Shown here one piece after another: positions 12,257 through 22,108 of a stretch of DNA of 50,925 bases. The DNA is from Chamaesiphon sp. (GTDB lineage Bacteria > Cyanobacteriota > Cyanobacteriia > Cyanobacteriales > Chamaesiphonaceae). Both the position numbers and the translations under genes were made by a program. The notes beneath the pieces are model-generated. The model had not been told where the DNA came from and made no database searches. It was given only the letters and a program-made list of their open reading frames with translations. Every line of letters begins with the position of its first letter. The stretch's first letter is position 1. Location: the NCBI GenBank assembly GCA_965246715.1, contig CBDFFH010000016.1:1-50925 (forward strand). The letters run 5' to 3'.

Positions 12257-12850
12257 GTGTCCAAAGCCGAACAGACTAAGCAGAGAATTATCGAACAAGC
12301 AGCCATTCTTTTTAATCAAAATGGTTATGCAGGTTCATCGATCGATGGCATCATGAAGTTAACGGGATTGCAAAAAGGTGGAATCTATAATCATTTCAAA
12401 AGTAAAGATGAAATCGCCTTAGCCGCCTTCGATTATACGATCGAGCAACTCAAGCAAAAAGTCTTGGTTGACATCCCCAATCAAAGTCATGCAATCGATC
12501 GATTACATGCTTTCGTTCGCGGGTTTAAAGGTTTTACGGCCAACCAAACGATCGTCGGTGGGTGTCCGATTTTAAATACTGCGGTGGAAAGTGATGATAC
12601 CCATCCAGCATTACGGTTGCGCGCTCAGGGTGCAATTAATGAGATTCGCGCTTTGATTGCTAGCATCGTCGAGTTAGGGATTCGACAGCATGAGATCGTT
12701 TCAGCTACCAACCATGAGGAAGTCTCGATTATCCTAATTGCGACGATCGAGGGGGCAATTATGTTAAGTAAATTATACGGCACGGATACGTATCTCGATA
12801 TCGCGATCTCACAGCTCGATCTTTATATCGATAGTTTTCGGCAGCTATAA
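12257..12850 (+). CDS. TetR/AcrR-family transcriptional regulator
   Basis: N-terminal HTH (GLQKGGIYNHFKSKDEI) and GGCPILN motif. Confidence 0.9.
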   Translation: MSKAEQTKQRIIEQAAILFNQNGYAGSSIDGIMKLTGLQKGGIYNHFKSKDEIALAAFDYTIEQLKQKVLVDIPNQSHAIDRLHAFVRGFKGFTANQTIVGGCPILNTAVESDDTHPALRLRAQGAINEIRALIASIVELGIRQHEIVSATNHEEVSIILIATIEGAIMLSKLYGTDTYLDIAISQLDLYIDSFRQL

Positions 12851-12964
12851 ATATCGGTTGGATTTCCAACTAAATAAGTCGTGCCTTCGTAGAAATTATA
12901 ATCTGCGAATTTTCATCACCAAAATCATGTTCGCGGATTTCCAATCGAGCGATTATTAGGAATG

Positions 12965-13753
12965 TTAATAAAGCTCAATCGACGATGATTTTTCGGCGAT
13001 TGCTAACTTTTCTTCGACGCGCACTGGCTCGGCTTCGACGACTTCGACTTCGACCATCGGCACATTGACAGTTTGCGGCAACCGCAGCGGTATCGCTAGT
13101 GGTTGTTGCTCGGGGATAACCAAGACTTCTTCGAGCCAACAGCTAGCAGTCGGGAGCGTACGTTCGAGATCTTCCAATGGTCTAGGCACGACCATAATCG
13201 ATTTTAATTCGCCAATCAGTTCTGCCGCAGACATCCCAGCATCGAGCGCATAGGTAACATTAGAAACCGTGCCCCGAATAATCGCCGTACAAAGACCAGA
13301 ACCAGTTTTTTCATACCCAGCGACATGGACATCGGCACATTTGAGCATTGCATCCATTGCCCCTACCATCGGTGGGAAGCCCCGCGTTTCCAGTAAACCA
13401 ATTGCGAGATTACTCAGTCGGCTCTTGCTATGTACCTGCGCCAACAATCTCGTGCTGATCGGCAAAATGGCATCGAGATTGGGTAAGGGACGGGGAATTA
13501 CCGATTGGGAGATCAACTCATCCATTTGTGCCGCAACTTCGGCACCTGCGGCTACTGCCAATCGGACTTCGGCAAACCGACCTCGGATCACCGCCGTACA
13601 ATAGCCACTCCCAATTTTTTCATAACCAACTAAGGTAACAGCGGCAGATTTTAACATCATGTCCGCCGTTCCCACCATCGCCGGAAAGCTGCGCGTGGAT
13701 ATCAATCCGATAGCACTCTCGGCATGAATGTCGGTCATGTCCCTTCGCTCCAA
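12965..13753 (-). CDS. ccmO: Carboxysome tandem-BMC shell protein CcmO
   Basis: Two BMC domains (AIGLISTRSFPAMVGTADMMLK; AIGLLETRGFPPMVGAMDAMLK) plus an acidic tail. Confidence 0.9.
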   Translation of the reverse strand: MERRDMTDIHAESAIGLISTRSFPAMVGTADMMLKSAAVTLVGYEKIGSGYCTAVIRGRFAEVRLAVAAGAEVAAQMDELISQSVIPRPLPNLDAILPISTRLLAQVHSKSRLSNLAIGLLETRGFPPMVGAMDAMLKCADVHVAGYEKTGSGLCTAIIRGTVSNVTYALDAGMSAAELIGELKSIMVVPRPLEDLERTLPTASCWLEEVLVIPEQQPLAIPLRLPQTVNVPMVEVEVVEAEPVRVEEKLAIAEKSSSIELY

Positions 13754-13831
13754 TTTAAAACCATTAATCCCGTTAACCCGATCGATAAAATCCAGATTGT
13801 AGGTCTCAAGCTCAAATTTTAACCGCTCGAA

Positions 13832-14173
13832 TTACCTGCCTGCAACCTGCGATCGAAATTCTTCTACTTCCTCAGTATAACCAATTGGCAGAATCCGCTC
13901 AACGTTGGGATGGGGACGCGGGATAATCACCCAAGATTCCAAGGTGCCACCGTAGACTTTTTCGACCACATCAATCCCCGCCGCCATCGCCTGTTTGACT
14001 TCGGAAACGTCGCCACGGACATTGACAGTAAATCGCGCACTCCCAGCCCTAAGATAGCCGACTAGCGTAACGCGTCCAGCCTTGAGCATCGCATCCGCAG
14101 CAGCCAGGACAGCGGGGAAACCTTTAGTTTCGATCGACCCAACTGCCTGTTGAGAACTCATAGAATCAGCCAT
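13832..14173 (-). CDS. ccmK4: Carboxysome shell hexamer CcmK4
   Basis: [41 protein letters not shown]; directly downstream of ccmK3. Confidence 0.9.
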   Translation of the reverse strand: MADSMSSQQAVGSIETKGFPAVLAAADAMLKAGRVTLVGYLRAGSARFTVNVRGDVSEVKQAMAAGIDVVEKVYGGTLESWVIIPRPHPNVERILPIGYTEEVEEFRSQVAGR

Positions 14174-14314
14174 TTAGATTTTACTCCTATTTATTGTTTG
14201 ATTGGGAAGGGGAGAGGGGAGGGGTGGGAAGAGTGGCTGTACCACCGTAGTCGGGAGTGTGGGCGTAGAAATCCGTTCACTGTTCACCGTTCACTATCCA
14301 CTGTTCGCTATTCG

Positions 14315-14623
14315 CTAGATCCAGAATTCCTCAGAATCAGGGGTGTATTGAATCGGAAGGACGCTCTCGACATTCTCTGGGGGATTGGGAATGATATAGT
14401 GACTGACGACTCCGCCTCTTTTTGCCTCTTCCCCAGCGAGGACACCAGCTACGACGGCTTGCTCGACTTCCGAGACATTACCGCGAATGGCGACAATAAA
14501 CTCGGCGCGCTCGGCTAAGCCGTAGTAAACCAAAGTCACTGCGCCAGCTTTGACCATCGCGTCGGCGGCTGCTAGCACTGGTGGAAAACCATCTGTTTGT
14601 ATGACCCCAACAGCTTTAGGCAT
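14315..14623 (-). CDS. ccmK3: Carboxysome shell hexamer CcmK3
   Basis: [25 protein letters not shown] with divergent pore loop YYGLAERAEF and IIPNPPEN. Confidence 0.9.
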   Translation of the reverse strand: MPKAVGVIQTDGFPPVLAAADAMVKAGAVTLVYYGLAERAEFIVAIRGNVSEVEQAVVAGVLAGEEAKRGGVVSHYIIPNPPENVESVLPIQYTPDSEEFWI

Positions 14624-14736
14624 TTAATATTTAGATTAAGCTAAAATTTTCATTGTTAAATATGTTCGATCGCTAGGCATATCTGGACTGCTAGCGATCG
14701 TCGATCGATGAATTTATAATTCATACTTTAATTAAT

Positions 14737-15189
14737 TTAGTCCAACCAACCGATGTCGGTATTGGCACGACGAATCGCAGTTTGTTCGCGGGTTTGAGTG
14801 GGTCGAGCGGTAAGCGAAGAATTAGATTTTGTCGAGTTGGCTTTAGTAATCGCGGTGGATTTAGCTGGAGCTTTGCTCGGAGCGGATAATTCTAGTGCTA
14901 ATTTCTTAGCATCTTTGAGTTCGGTGCTTTGGGCAGTTAATTTGGACTTAAGATCCTCAATTTCTTGCTTGAGTTTAGCTTCGGTTTCTTGAATGGCTTT
15001 GATGTTGGCTGCGGTAGCAGCATCGTTAGGCTGAGACATATTAGCTACGTTGGGGGTAGTTGGGTTAGGCTGAGAAATGGTTTGGGGTGGTGGTGGAGTT
15101 GATGCTTCCTTGGGAGGCAGGACTAATGGTTGTTGCATTTCTTGCCGCAACACATCAGCAGCTGATGGTCTTTTTTTTCTAACGCTCAC
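14737..15189 (-). CDS. mcdB: Carboxysome positioning protein McdB
   Basis: Basic N-terminus (RKKRPSAADVLRQE), disordered region, central coiled coil, C-terminal DIGWLD with the near-terminal Trp; directly after a ParA-type ATPase inside the ccm locus. Confidence 0.8.
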   Translation of the reverse strand: MSVRKKRPSAADVLRQEMQQPLVLPPKEASTPPPPQTISQPNPTTPNVANMSQPNDAATAANIKAIQETEAKLKQEIEDLKSKLTAQSTELKDAKKLALELSAPSKAPAKSTAITKANSTKSNSSLTARPTQTREQTAIRRANTDIGWLD

Positions 15190-15192
15190 GAT

Positions 15193-15852
15193 CTAGCTCC
15201 AATCTTTCCAAATTTCATTGACGACACAGCGATAGTCGGCGGCTGCGGTAGCGGCTGCTTGACCTTTACACTGACTGATGGGCAGTCCCGCCAGCGCAGC
15301 GCGCTCGTGAATTTTCAAATTCCGAATTACCGTATAATAAACCGGAATCTGACACTCTAAGAGAGTTTGTTGTGCTTCTTGAGCTTCGCGCAACCCGCGC
15401 GAATTCACTTTGGTCAGGAGTACGCGATGGGTAATCTTGGCTGGCAATACTACCTGTCTGACCGTGCGAATCAATGCCGCTAGATCCATTGGCGCTGGCG
15501 GAGTCGGCAACAATAAGTAATCCGCGATCGGCAGTAATTTCGCCAGCGCGATCGAATCGAGTGCGGGTGGCATATCAACAATGACGATCTGAAAATCAGC
15601 CCATTGCTTGCGGCTGACCTCATTAAAATCGTTGATTGCCGTTGTTGCAAATCCCAACTGGCGATCGGATTGTTTGACCCACCAACTCGCCGAACCTTGA
15701 GGATCGGCATCGACTAATAACACGCGATGCGTCTCGGCAAATAAATCGGCGAGATTGACTGCTGTTGTGGTTTTACCCACGCCACCTTTACCGTTCAACA
15801 CGATTAAGATTTTGGTTGAATTAAGTTTAGGCAGTGTCGTCATTGTTGCCAT
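15193..15852 (-). CDS. mcdA: ParA/MinD-family ATPase McdA
   Basis: Deviant Walker [25 protein letters not shown]; located between ccmN and mcdB. Confidence 0.85.
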   Translation of the reverse strand: MATMTTLPKLNSTKILIVLNGKGGVGKTTTAVNLADLFAETHRVLLVDADPQGSASWWVKQSDRQLGFATTAINDFNEVSRKQWADFQIVIVDMPPALDSIALAKLLPIADYLLLPTPPAPMDLAALIRTVRQVVLPAKITHRVLLTKVNSRGLREAQEAQQTLLECQIPVYYTVIRNLKIHERAALAGLPISQCKGQAAATAAADYRCVVNEIWKDWS

Positions 15853-16528
15853 TATTAGGGAAAAGAGCGCGTTTGATGCGATCGAATTGGGCGCGACCGG
15901 AAACGTAACCGGTAGATGTATGCTCGATCGAAGTCGTTGTTACCGTCACTTGCGATCGATCTGGTAGCGGTGGAGTTGTCGGGGGAACTTCCGCTGGTGA
16001 GGATGGTGGCTGAGTGGGTGGATCGGCTGAGGTTTTCACCTTGTAGTAATGTGGGTACGCCGAAGGACTAACCTTTGGGTTACTCCAGACATCATCAGTG
16101 TCGGGATCTGCTGATGGTGTTGCCCCGTTGAGATTTTCGGGAACCTCACGATCTTCTACCACCTTGACTTCGCCCCGACTGCGATCTCCGAGCAATGAGT
16201 GCGGCGGTACGACGGCACCTTCCTCGATCTGCGGATCGATCGCGGTCGTACCCGCGCCGATACAAGCATCGCGCGCGATCGAGCCACTGCCGATAATCAG
16301 TACTTCTCTGCCGATACAGACTCCAGCACCGATCGTGACATCACCATCATGCGCCCGGACGATCGATCCAGCCCCGATACAGACCCCTGCGGCGATCTCG
16401 ATCCGATTGTTGCCCTCGGCTAAGAGCAATACTCCTGGCGCGATAACCGCACTCCGATCGATCGACACATTACCAGCATACCGAACGGGAATGATGTCCC
16501 TGGCTAGAGAGCGCAACTTAGTTAACAT
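15827..16528 (-). CDS. ccmN: Carboxysome assembly protein CcmN
   Basis: Hexapeptide repeats, Pro-rich linker and C-terminal encapsulation peptide [17 protein letters not shown]. Confidence 0.9.
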   Translation of the reverse strand: MLTKLRSLARDIIPVRYAGNVSIDRSAVIAPGVLLLAEGNNRIEIAAGVCIGAGSIVRAHDGDVTIGAGVCIGREVLIIGSGSIARDACIGAGTTAIDPQIEEGAVVPPHSLLGDRSRGEVKVVEDREVPENLNGATPSADPDTDDVWSNPKVSPSAYPHYYKVKTSADPPTQPPSSPAEVPPTTPPLPDRSQVTVTTTSIEHTSTGYVSGRAQFDRIKRALFPNNGNNDDTA

Positions 16529-16590
16529 GAGTATTCCTCCTTCACCAGGGAACTACAAACAGCGAATTTTAGACTGCTTGCAATTCATGC

Positions 16591-18216
16591 TTAAGGGCGT
16601 TGAATAATCTCCTCATGTACCCGCCGCTTGGCTTTGGTATCGATGCCGATCAGCCGCACGTATTCACCTTGGTGATCGGTCAGACAGGTTTCGAGTTGAG
16701 ACACGGCATCTTGGAGGCGATTGCCCGAAACCGGCTTGCAACTGTGCCAAGAACTGCTGCGGAACCGCCGTGCGTCGGCATGTTCGGTCGTGATTTGATA
16801 GCTATTTTCGAGGAGTCGCCGGACGGATGCTACGACTTCGGAACTGAGCGAAGTTTTGACATTAGCATGGGTAGTCGCTGTGCTACTGAAGGAGCTAGCT
16901 TGACCGCCACTACCACTGCTAATTGGGGTGGAGAGCTTACCACCATCGCCCGGCTTGTGGATGACAACTTCGGTCACCCGGCGGCGCGCGCTGGGGTCGA
17001 TGCCGATCAATCGGACGTAATTATCGGGATTGGCAGCAACTAATTCGTTGAGCATGGAAATCGCTTCAGCTTCGCGCGTGCCCTGATAAGATGGGCCGCT
17101 CGTCCAAGAAGTTGCTTTGTAACGACGGGCATCGGCGTATTCAGTACCGATCCGGAAACCTTGATTGAGCAATTGGCGCACCGACTGAGCGATATCCCCA
17201 CCAGTAGCACCATTCGCACTACCATTGCTACCGCTGACAGCTGGCGCACTACCGCTGACACCAGCATGACTTACTTGAGTCACCGCACCATTGGGGCGTT
17301 GGATCATCATTTCCAATACTCTCGATCGAGTATTGGCATCGACACCGATCAGTTGGACGTATTTACCTTGATGCTCTTCCAAGCACCCAGCTAGACTAGT
17401 CAGAACGCTACTTTCGCTGCCTTGCGCGATCGTGCAACTCTGCCACGAACCAGTCCGGAAGCGGCGCGTATCGGCAAATTCTGCGCCGATGCGGTAGCCT
17501 TGGCTCAACAACCGCCGAATTTGTTGGCGAATACTCTCACTAATATTACTCATATCTTCAGTTCCGGTAAAATTATCTATATCTTCTGAATTTAAAATAG
17601 CCGCGTTAGCCGTAGAGCAAACTCCATCTTCGACACACAGATAGCCACTCCGCAAGGAGTCATTAATCCCAATAATGTGATGCGCGAATTTTTCATCCTC
17701 TGCTTTAACATCGGAAAGGCGATCTGCCTGTTGCTGATTGGTGATAATCGAACCAGACGGGACGTATTTCCCGGGAGGAATTTCCACATTTTCAATCAAG
17801 ACGTGCATCATCACGATGCAACCATCGCCGACTTTGGCATTAAATACCGTCGATCGGAAGCCGATAAAACAGTCATCGCCAACATAGGCAGGGCCATGAA
17901 TCAAGGCTTTGTGCGTGATCGAGGTCTTCGCCCCAATCCATACTGAGTAATCGAGATTATCGTCACCTTTGACGCGCCCATCAGCTAGTCCGTGGATTAC
18001 TACCCCATCTTGAATATTGGTGCTATCACCGATATAAAACGGACTACCTTCATCAGCGCGAATCGATACACCAGGAGCGATCATGACATTAGCGCCGATC
18101 TCGACTTCCCCAATAATGCTCGTAGACACATGCACGTAGGCAGTTTCGTCTATTTGCGGACGAGATAGCGTCTGCGACCACGGGGTAGGTGGCGACGCAG
18201 CTTGACGAATCCCCAT
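16591..18216 (-). CDS. ccmM: Carboxysome scaffold CcmM (gamma-CA domain plus three RbcS-like domains)
   Basis: [23 protein letters not shown]; three repeats of the E(F/Y/H)ADxRR(F/Y)...SW type. Confidence 0.97.
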   Translation of the reverse strand: MGIRQAASPPTPWSQTLSRPQIDETAYVHVSTSIIGEVEIGANVMIAPGVSIRADEGSPFYIGDSTNIQDGVVIHGLADGRVKGDDNLDYSVWIGAKTSITHKALIHGPAYVGDDCFIGFRSTVFNAKVGDGCIVMMHVLIENVEIPPGKYVPSGSIITNQQQADRLSDVKAEDEKFAHHIIGINDSLRSGYLCVEDGVCSTANAAILNSEDIDNFTGTEDMSNISESIRQQIRRLLSQGYRIGAEFADTRRFRTGSWQSCTIAQGSESSVLTSLAGCLEEHQGKYVQLIGVDANTRSRVLEMMIQRPNGAVTQVSHAGVSGSAPAVSGSNGSANGATGGDIAQSVRQLLNQGFRIGTEYADARRYKATSWTSGPSYQGTREAEAISMLNELVAANPDNYVRLIGIDPSARRRVTEVVIHKPGDGGKLSTPISSGSGGQASSFSSTATTHANVKTSLSSEVVASVRRLLENSYQITTEHADARRFRSSSWHSCKPVSGNRLQDAVSQLETCLTDHQGEYVRLIGIDTKAKRRVHEEIIQRP

Positions 18217-18260
18217 GAAATAATTCTCCTAAGACCTAGATCGACTAAATAATAATGTTC

Positions 18261-18563
18261 TTACCTGGCGGCATCTCGCTTGCTGTATGTAAGGTCGTTA
18301 CCAACCGCTACGGTATCGACGATCGCGACGACGAGCGCATCGACTGGATAAGTATCTTTGGTCGAGATTTGACGCGCGGCACTACCCCGGCTGAGCAATA
18401 CTACTTCCGTCAAACCCGCCCCGATACAGTCAGCAGCTACCTCATACTCAGGTAAATCGTTACCTGCGGCATCGAGTAATTGCACGAGCAAAAACTTAGT
18501 CCCAGTTAAACTTTGTTCCTTGTGGGTACTGACCACAGTACCCATCACTCTGGCTAGTTTCAT
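18261..18563 (-). CDS. ccmL: Carboxysome pentamer CcmL
   Basis: GTVVSTHK, YEVAADCIGAG and SRGSAAR. Confidence 0.95.
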   Translation of the reverse strand: MKLARVMGTVVSTHKEQSLTGTKFLLVQLLDAAGNDLPEYEVAADCIGAGLTEVVLLSRGSAARQISTKDTYPVDALVVAIVDTVAVGNDLTYSKRDAAR

Positions 18564-18568
18564 CTAGC

Positions 18569-18922
18569 TTAGGAACGTCTACCGCCGATTGCCAATGGGC
18601 CTGGGCCATTGAGGCTATCGCGGAATTTCTCAACATCTTCGGTGTAGTTCATCGGTAGAACGTACTCCAGGTTTTCGTGGGGACGTGCGATAATGTGAGT
18701 GGACAGTACTTGTCCGCCATTTACGCGCTTGACCGATTCGACACCTGCAGATACCGAAGCTTGCACTTCAGATACGTCGCCACGGACGATTACAGTAACG
18801 CGACCGCTGCCGATTTTTTCGTAACCGACCAAAGTTACGCGAGCGGCTTTGACCATTGCATCAGCGGCTTCGACGACTGCGGGGAAACCTAAGGTTTCGA
18901 TCATTCCAACTGCAATTGACAT
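18569..18922 (-). CDS. ccmK1: Carboxysome major shell protein CcmK1 (with C-terminal extension)
   Basis: [21 protein letters not shown]...YEKIGS plus a 15-16 aa tail; ATG at 18922. Confidence 0.9.
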   Translation of the reverse strand: MSIAVGMIETLGFPAVVEAADAMVKAARVTLVGYEKIGSGRVTVIVRGDVSEVQASVSAGVESVKRVNGGQVLSTHIIARPHENLEYVLPMNYTEDVEKFRDSLNGPGPLAIGGRRS

Positions 18923-18967
18923 AATCAATGACTCCTAAAATATTTACTTATTTTAAATTTAACTAAA

Positions 18968-19276
18968 TTAGACGCGGAATTTCTCAACGTCTTCGGTGTA
19001 GTTCATGGGTAGGACGTACTCTAAGTTCTCGTGGGGACGAGCGATGATGTGAGTCGATAAGACTTCACCACCATTAACGCGCTTGACGGATTCCACACCT
19101 GCGGACACGGAAGCTTGTACTTCAGATACATCACCACGGACAATGACCGTTACCCGACCGCTGCCGATTTTTTCGTAGCCAACTAATGTGACCCGAGCTG
19201 CTTTGACCATTGCATCCGCAGCTTCAACAACAGCAGGAAAACCTTTGGTTTCAATCATTCCCACGGCAATAGACAT
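18968..19276 (-). CDS. ccmK2: Carboxysome major shell protein CcmK2
   Basis: 102 aa, [21 protein letters not shown]; first gene of the ccm operon. Confidence 0.92.
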   Translation of the reverse strand: MSIAVGMIETKGFPAVVEAADAMVKAARVTLVGYEKIGSGRVTVIVRGDVSEVQASVSAGVESVKRVNGGEVLSTHIIARPHENLEYVLPMNYTEDVEKFRV

Positions 19277-19977
19277 ATTCTTTTCTTCCTTAGAGTTAAT
19301 TTTGTAATCGACGATCGATCCACTAGCAGCGCAGCTAAGTCAACAAATTTTCGGTTCGCTCGACGTTAGCAAAGCGCGGCAATATTTCACATGGGCGAAA
19401 ACCTATGTGAGGACGGGAACCGAACATTATACGTTTGCTAAGGTCAAGCATAAACTGAGAGGTTGCGCTTTGGCAATATAAGCAACAATTTTAATTGTTT
19501 AATCCAAATATCAGGAAAGTTTATATCTGGTTCGATGGAGCGGGATCTAACAGCAGATCTCCGCTGCAACGCTGGAGTCCAAACTCCCGTGAAGTCAGGA
19601 CGACATCATCGTTGACTGCGAGTGACAACAGGCTTACAAGCGATCGAGAAATAGCGAGTAAACCGATCGTATCCTAAAGTGGGGATCGTATTTTAAAATA
19701 AATAAATAATGGTAATTTTGTCAGTCGTTTGACTGAGTATTAGTGCCTATTCTTGCGATCCCCACAAATGATTGACACTCATTCCGACCGCCAAGTCGGT
19801 TCTTTTAGTATAGTACCAAGCGCTGGTAAATAAGTATTTTTATACCAACCCGATCGCTTGCGGCGATCGAGTAACTCGTGTTATGGTGGTTAAGGCTTAT
19901 TTGCGGCTCGTCCGCATTGTAAAACTGCAAGTATTTGAAGGTTCAGTCGCAAATGCGTTAACCAAAATTAAATAGCC

Positions 19978-20116
19978 AGCCGCAGACAGCAGGAGCAAAA
20001 GCTTAATTTCCTGCCGAGGTTAACGCAAACAGCACGAGCGTAGCTACTCCTAGCGAGTAGTCGGACGCGATCGACTGAATGACAACCTCGGCACATACGT
20101 GTCGGGGTTAGTTTTA
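19978..20116 (+). promoter_or_regulatory. Ribosomal protein L10 leader (cis-regulatory RNA); boundaries approximate
   Basis: AGACAGCAGGAGCAAAAGCTTAATTTCCTGCCGAGG upstream of rplJ, with GCAGGA/TCCTGC and GCCGAGGTT/AACCTCGGC stems. Confidence 0.75.
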
Positions 20117-20170
20117 TCTCTGCTGCGCTGCGTCCACAACTCGTCGCTCGACTATAGAGGTACTCATCAA

Positions 20171-20695
20171 ATGGGTAGAACCCTAGAAAACAAACAAGAG
20201 ATCGTCGCCTCGCTCAAGCATGACTTGAGCGAAGCGACAATGGTCGCGGTGATTAACTACCAAGGTCTAACCGTGGCAGAAATCTCCGACTTACGCAGAC
20301 GGATTCGTCCCAAAGGTGGCACCTGTACGGTCACTAAAAATACCCTGATGGGTAAAGCGATCGAAGGTAACACCGAATGGCAAGCATTGTCACCATTACT
20401 GACGGGTTCTTCGGCGTTTTTAGTACTCAAAGATGACATTGGTGGAGCGATCAAGGCTTACCATGACTTCCAAAAAGCGACTAAGAAAACCGAACTTCAC
20501 GGCGGCGTGATGGAAGGGAAGATCCTTACCGGAGCTGATGTTAAAGCCATCGGCGATCTGCCATCCAAAGAGCAACTCATGGCGCAAATTGCTGGTGCCC
20601 TCAACTCCGTCACCGCGAAAATCGCGATCAGTGTTAAAGAAGTACCTGCTTCCATCGCTCGGGGCTTACAAGCTCACGTTGACAAAGGCGAGTAG
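20171..20695 (+). CDS. rplJ: 50S ribosomal protein L10
   Basis: True start is ATG at 20171 (MGRTLENKQEIV) after AGAGG; contains VTKNTLM and LPSKEQL. Confidence 0.97.
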   Translation: MGRTLENKQEIVASLKHDLSEATMVAVINYQGLTVAEISDLRRRIRPKGGTCTVTKNTLMGKAIEGNTEWQALSPLLTGSSAFLVLKDDIGGAIKAYHDFQKATKKTELHGGVMEGKILTGADVKAIGDLPSKEQLMAQIAGALNSVTAKIAISVKEVPASIARGLQAHVDKGE

Positions 20696-20766
20696 GAAAT
20701 TGGGCGCATTGCACCAGGATCGAGGCAATTGTGAGCTTGAGTTATCAGCCGAATCGAACTAGTCAC

Positions 20767-20803
20767 CAATCCGCAATCCGCAATCCGCAATTCCCAATCC
20801 CCA
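20767..20803. repeat. Short tandem heptamer repeat (STRR-like)
   Basis: CAATCCG x3, then CAATTCC and CAATCCC. Confidence 0.8.
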
Positions 20804-20840
20804 ACCACACAATTTTCACCCTTATTTAGGAACTTAAAAC

Positions 20841-21227
20841 ATGTCTGCTGCAACCGATACAATTTTAGAACAGTTAAAAACTCTCAGCTTGCTCGAAGCA
20901 GCTGAATTAGTCAAACAAATCGAAGAAGCTTTTGGCGTAAGTGCTGCTGCTTCCGTCGGCGTAGCTGTGGCTGCGGGCGCTGCTGCTCCTACAGAAGAAG
21001 CTGTAGAGCAAACTGAGTTCAACGTCATCCTCGAAGGATTGGCTGACGATAGCAAGAAAATCTCTGTCCTCAAAGTCGTCCGTGCGATCACTGGCTTAGG
21101 CTTGAAAGAAGCTAAAGACTTGGTTGAAGCTGCACCAAAAGATGTCCTCACAGGTGTTCCGAAAGCAGCTGCTGAAGATGCGAAGAAACAGCTCGAGGAA
21201 GCTGGCGGTAAGATTGCGATTAAATAG
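20841..21227 (+). CDS. rplL: 50S ribosomal protein L7/L12
   Basis: [32 protein letters not shown] and KKQLEEAG. Confidence 0.97.
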   Translation: MSAATDTILEQLKTLSLLEAAELVKQIEEAFGVSAAASVGVAVAAGAAAPTEEAVEQTEFNVILEGLADDSKKISVLKVVRAITGLGLKEAKDLVEAAPKDVLTGVPKAAAEDAKKQLEEAGGKIAIK

Positions 21228-21378
21228 TCAGCAACTACAATTTTGCTAACTTAAATCGATCGCTAAAATTCCCGATCGAGTCGGGAAGCAAGATATTATA
21301 CCTGTCGAGTTAGCTAGCTCGATCGGTAGCGATCTTCAACGATCGATCGCCAAGTAGCTACTTTCGATCTAGTTTTGT

Positions 21379-21407
21379 GAGTCAACCTCAGGTTGGCTCT
21401 TTTTTTT
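21379..21407 (+). terminator. Intrinsic terminator of rplJL
   Basis: GAGTCAACC-TCA-GGTTGGCTC followed by T8. Confidence 0.8.
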
Positions 21408-21662
21408 GCTGCAAATAAATCATGGTAGCAACATTAGCGCTGCTACAGCGATCGGTTAGATTTTAATCTTGCGATCGACAATTGGGTGTAAAATTTGGCG
21501 GCAAGATCGATCGCCTCATCTGCTAATCATCTGCTAATATGGAGTAGCCAAATGTCACATTTCTCTAGTAAAGAGATTAGCTACAAGCTAACGGCTGACA
21601 ATTTAAGCTGAATAATGTTGTGAAGTCCTTGGATGGTTAGAGTTAGGTCTAATTACTAGATA

Positions 21663-21921
21663 ACGTGAGTTCGGGATAAGGATTACCGTTCGCGTAGCGT
21701 ACCGGAGGTAATCGATGATTGCTAGCTTCGTTTCTGCACCGCCCTCAAATAAATTAGTTGCTCATAGCAAAAGTTCGTTAAAACGAACTAAGAAATTTGG
21801 TAGTTCTCTTCAGAGAACTTGAGCTATTAGCCCGTTGGCGAAGCCTCTCGGAACGAGACACTTCTAGTTCAGGGCGGTGCTAGAGCGGAGCAAATCAATT
21901 TTCCTTATCCCGAACTGAGGT
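21663..21921. mobile_element. MITE-like element, copy 2 (259 bp)
   Basis: TIRs ACGTGAGTTCGGGATAAGGA...TCCTTATCCCGAACTGAGGT; TAGATA on both sides (21657-21662, 21922-21927). Confidence 0.85.
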
Positions 21922-22108
21922 TAGATATTAAATTTTAGGTTAACTCGAACCAAATTCACTGCTATTAAACAAGCTGAATCGACTGTCGATCGTGACAAAC
22001 AGCTTAATTTGCCAGCATGTTCCTCGGTGCGCTTTGATGCTAATGCATCCAATAACAGCGCAGTCATCTAATTCCCAATCGATAATTCCGCCGATTTTCG
22101 GTTAACTT

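Noticed and set aside
15193..15852. Plasmid or chromosome partition ParA indicating an integrated element
   Set aside because: No parB or parS; it is embedded in the ccm operon with an McdB-like partner.
18569..19276. ccmK1/ccmK2 similarity as an assembly duplication
   Set aside because: Many synonymous differences and distinct C-termini; this is the normal paralogue pair.
20099..20170. N-terminal extension of L10 from GTG 20099
   Set aside because: It overlaps the leader hairpin; the conserved start MGRT is at 20171 with an RBS.
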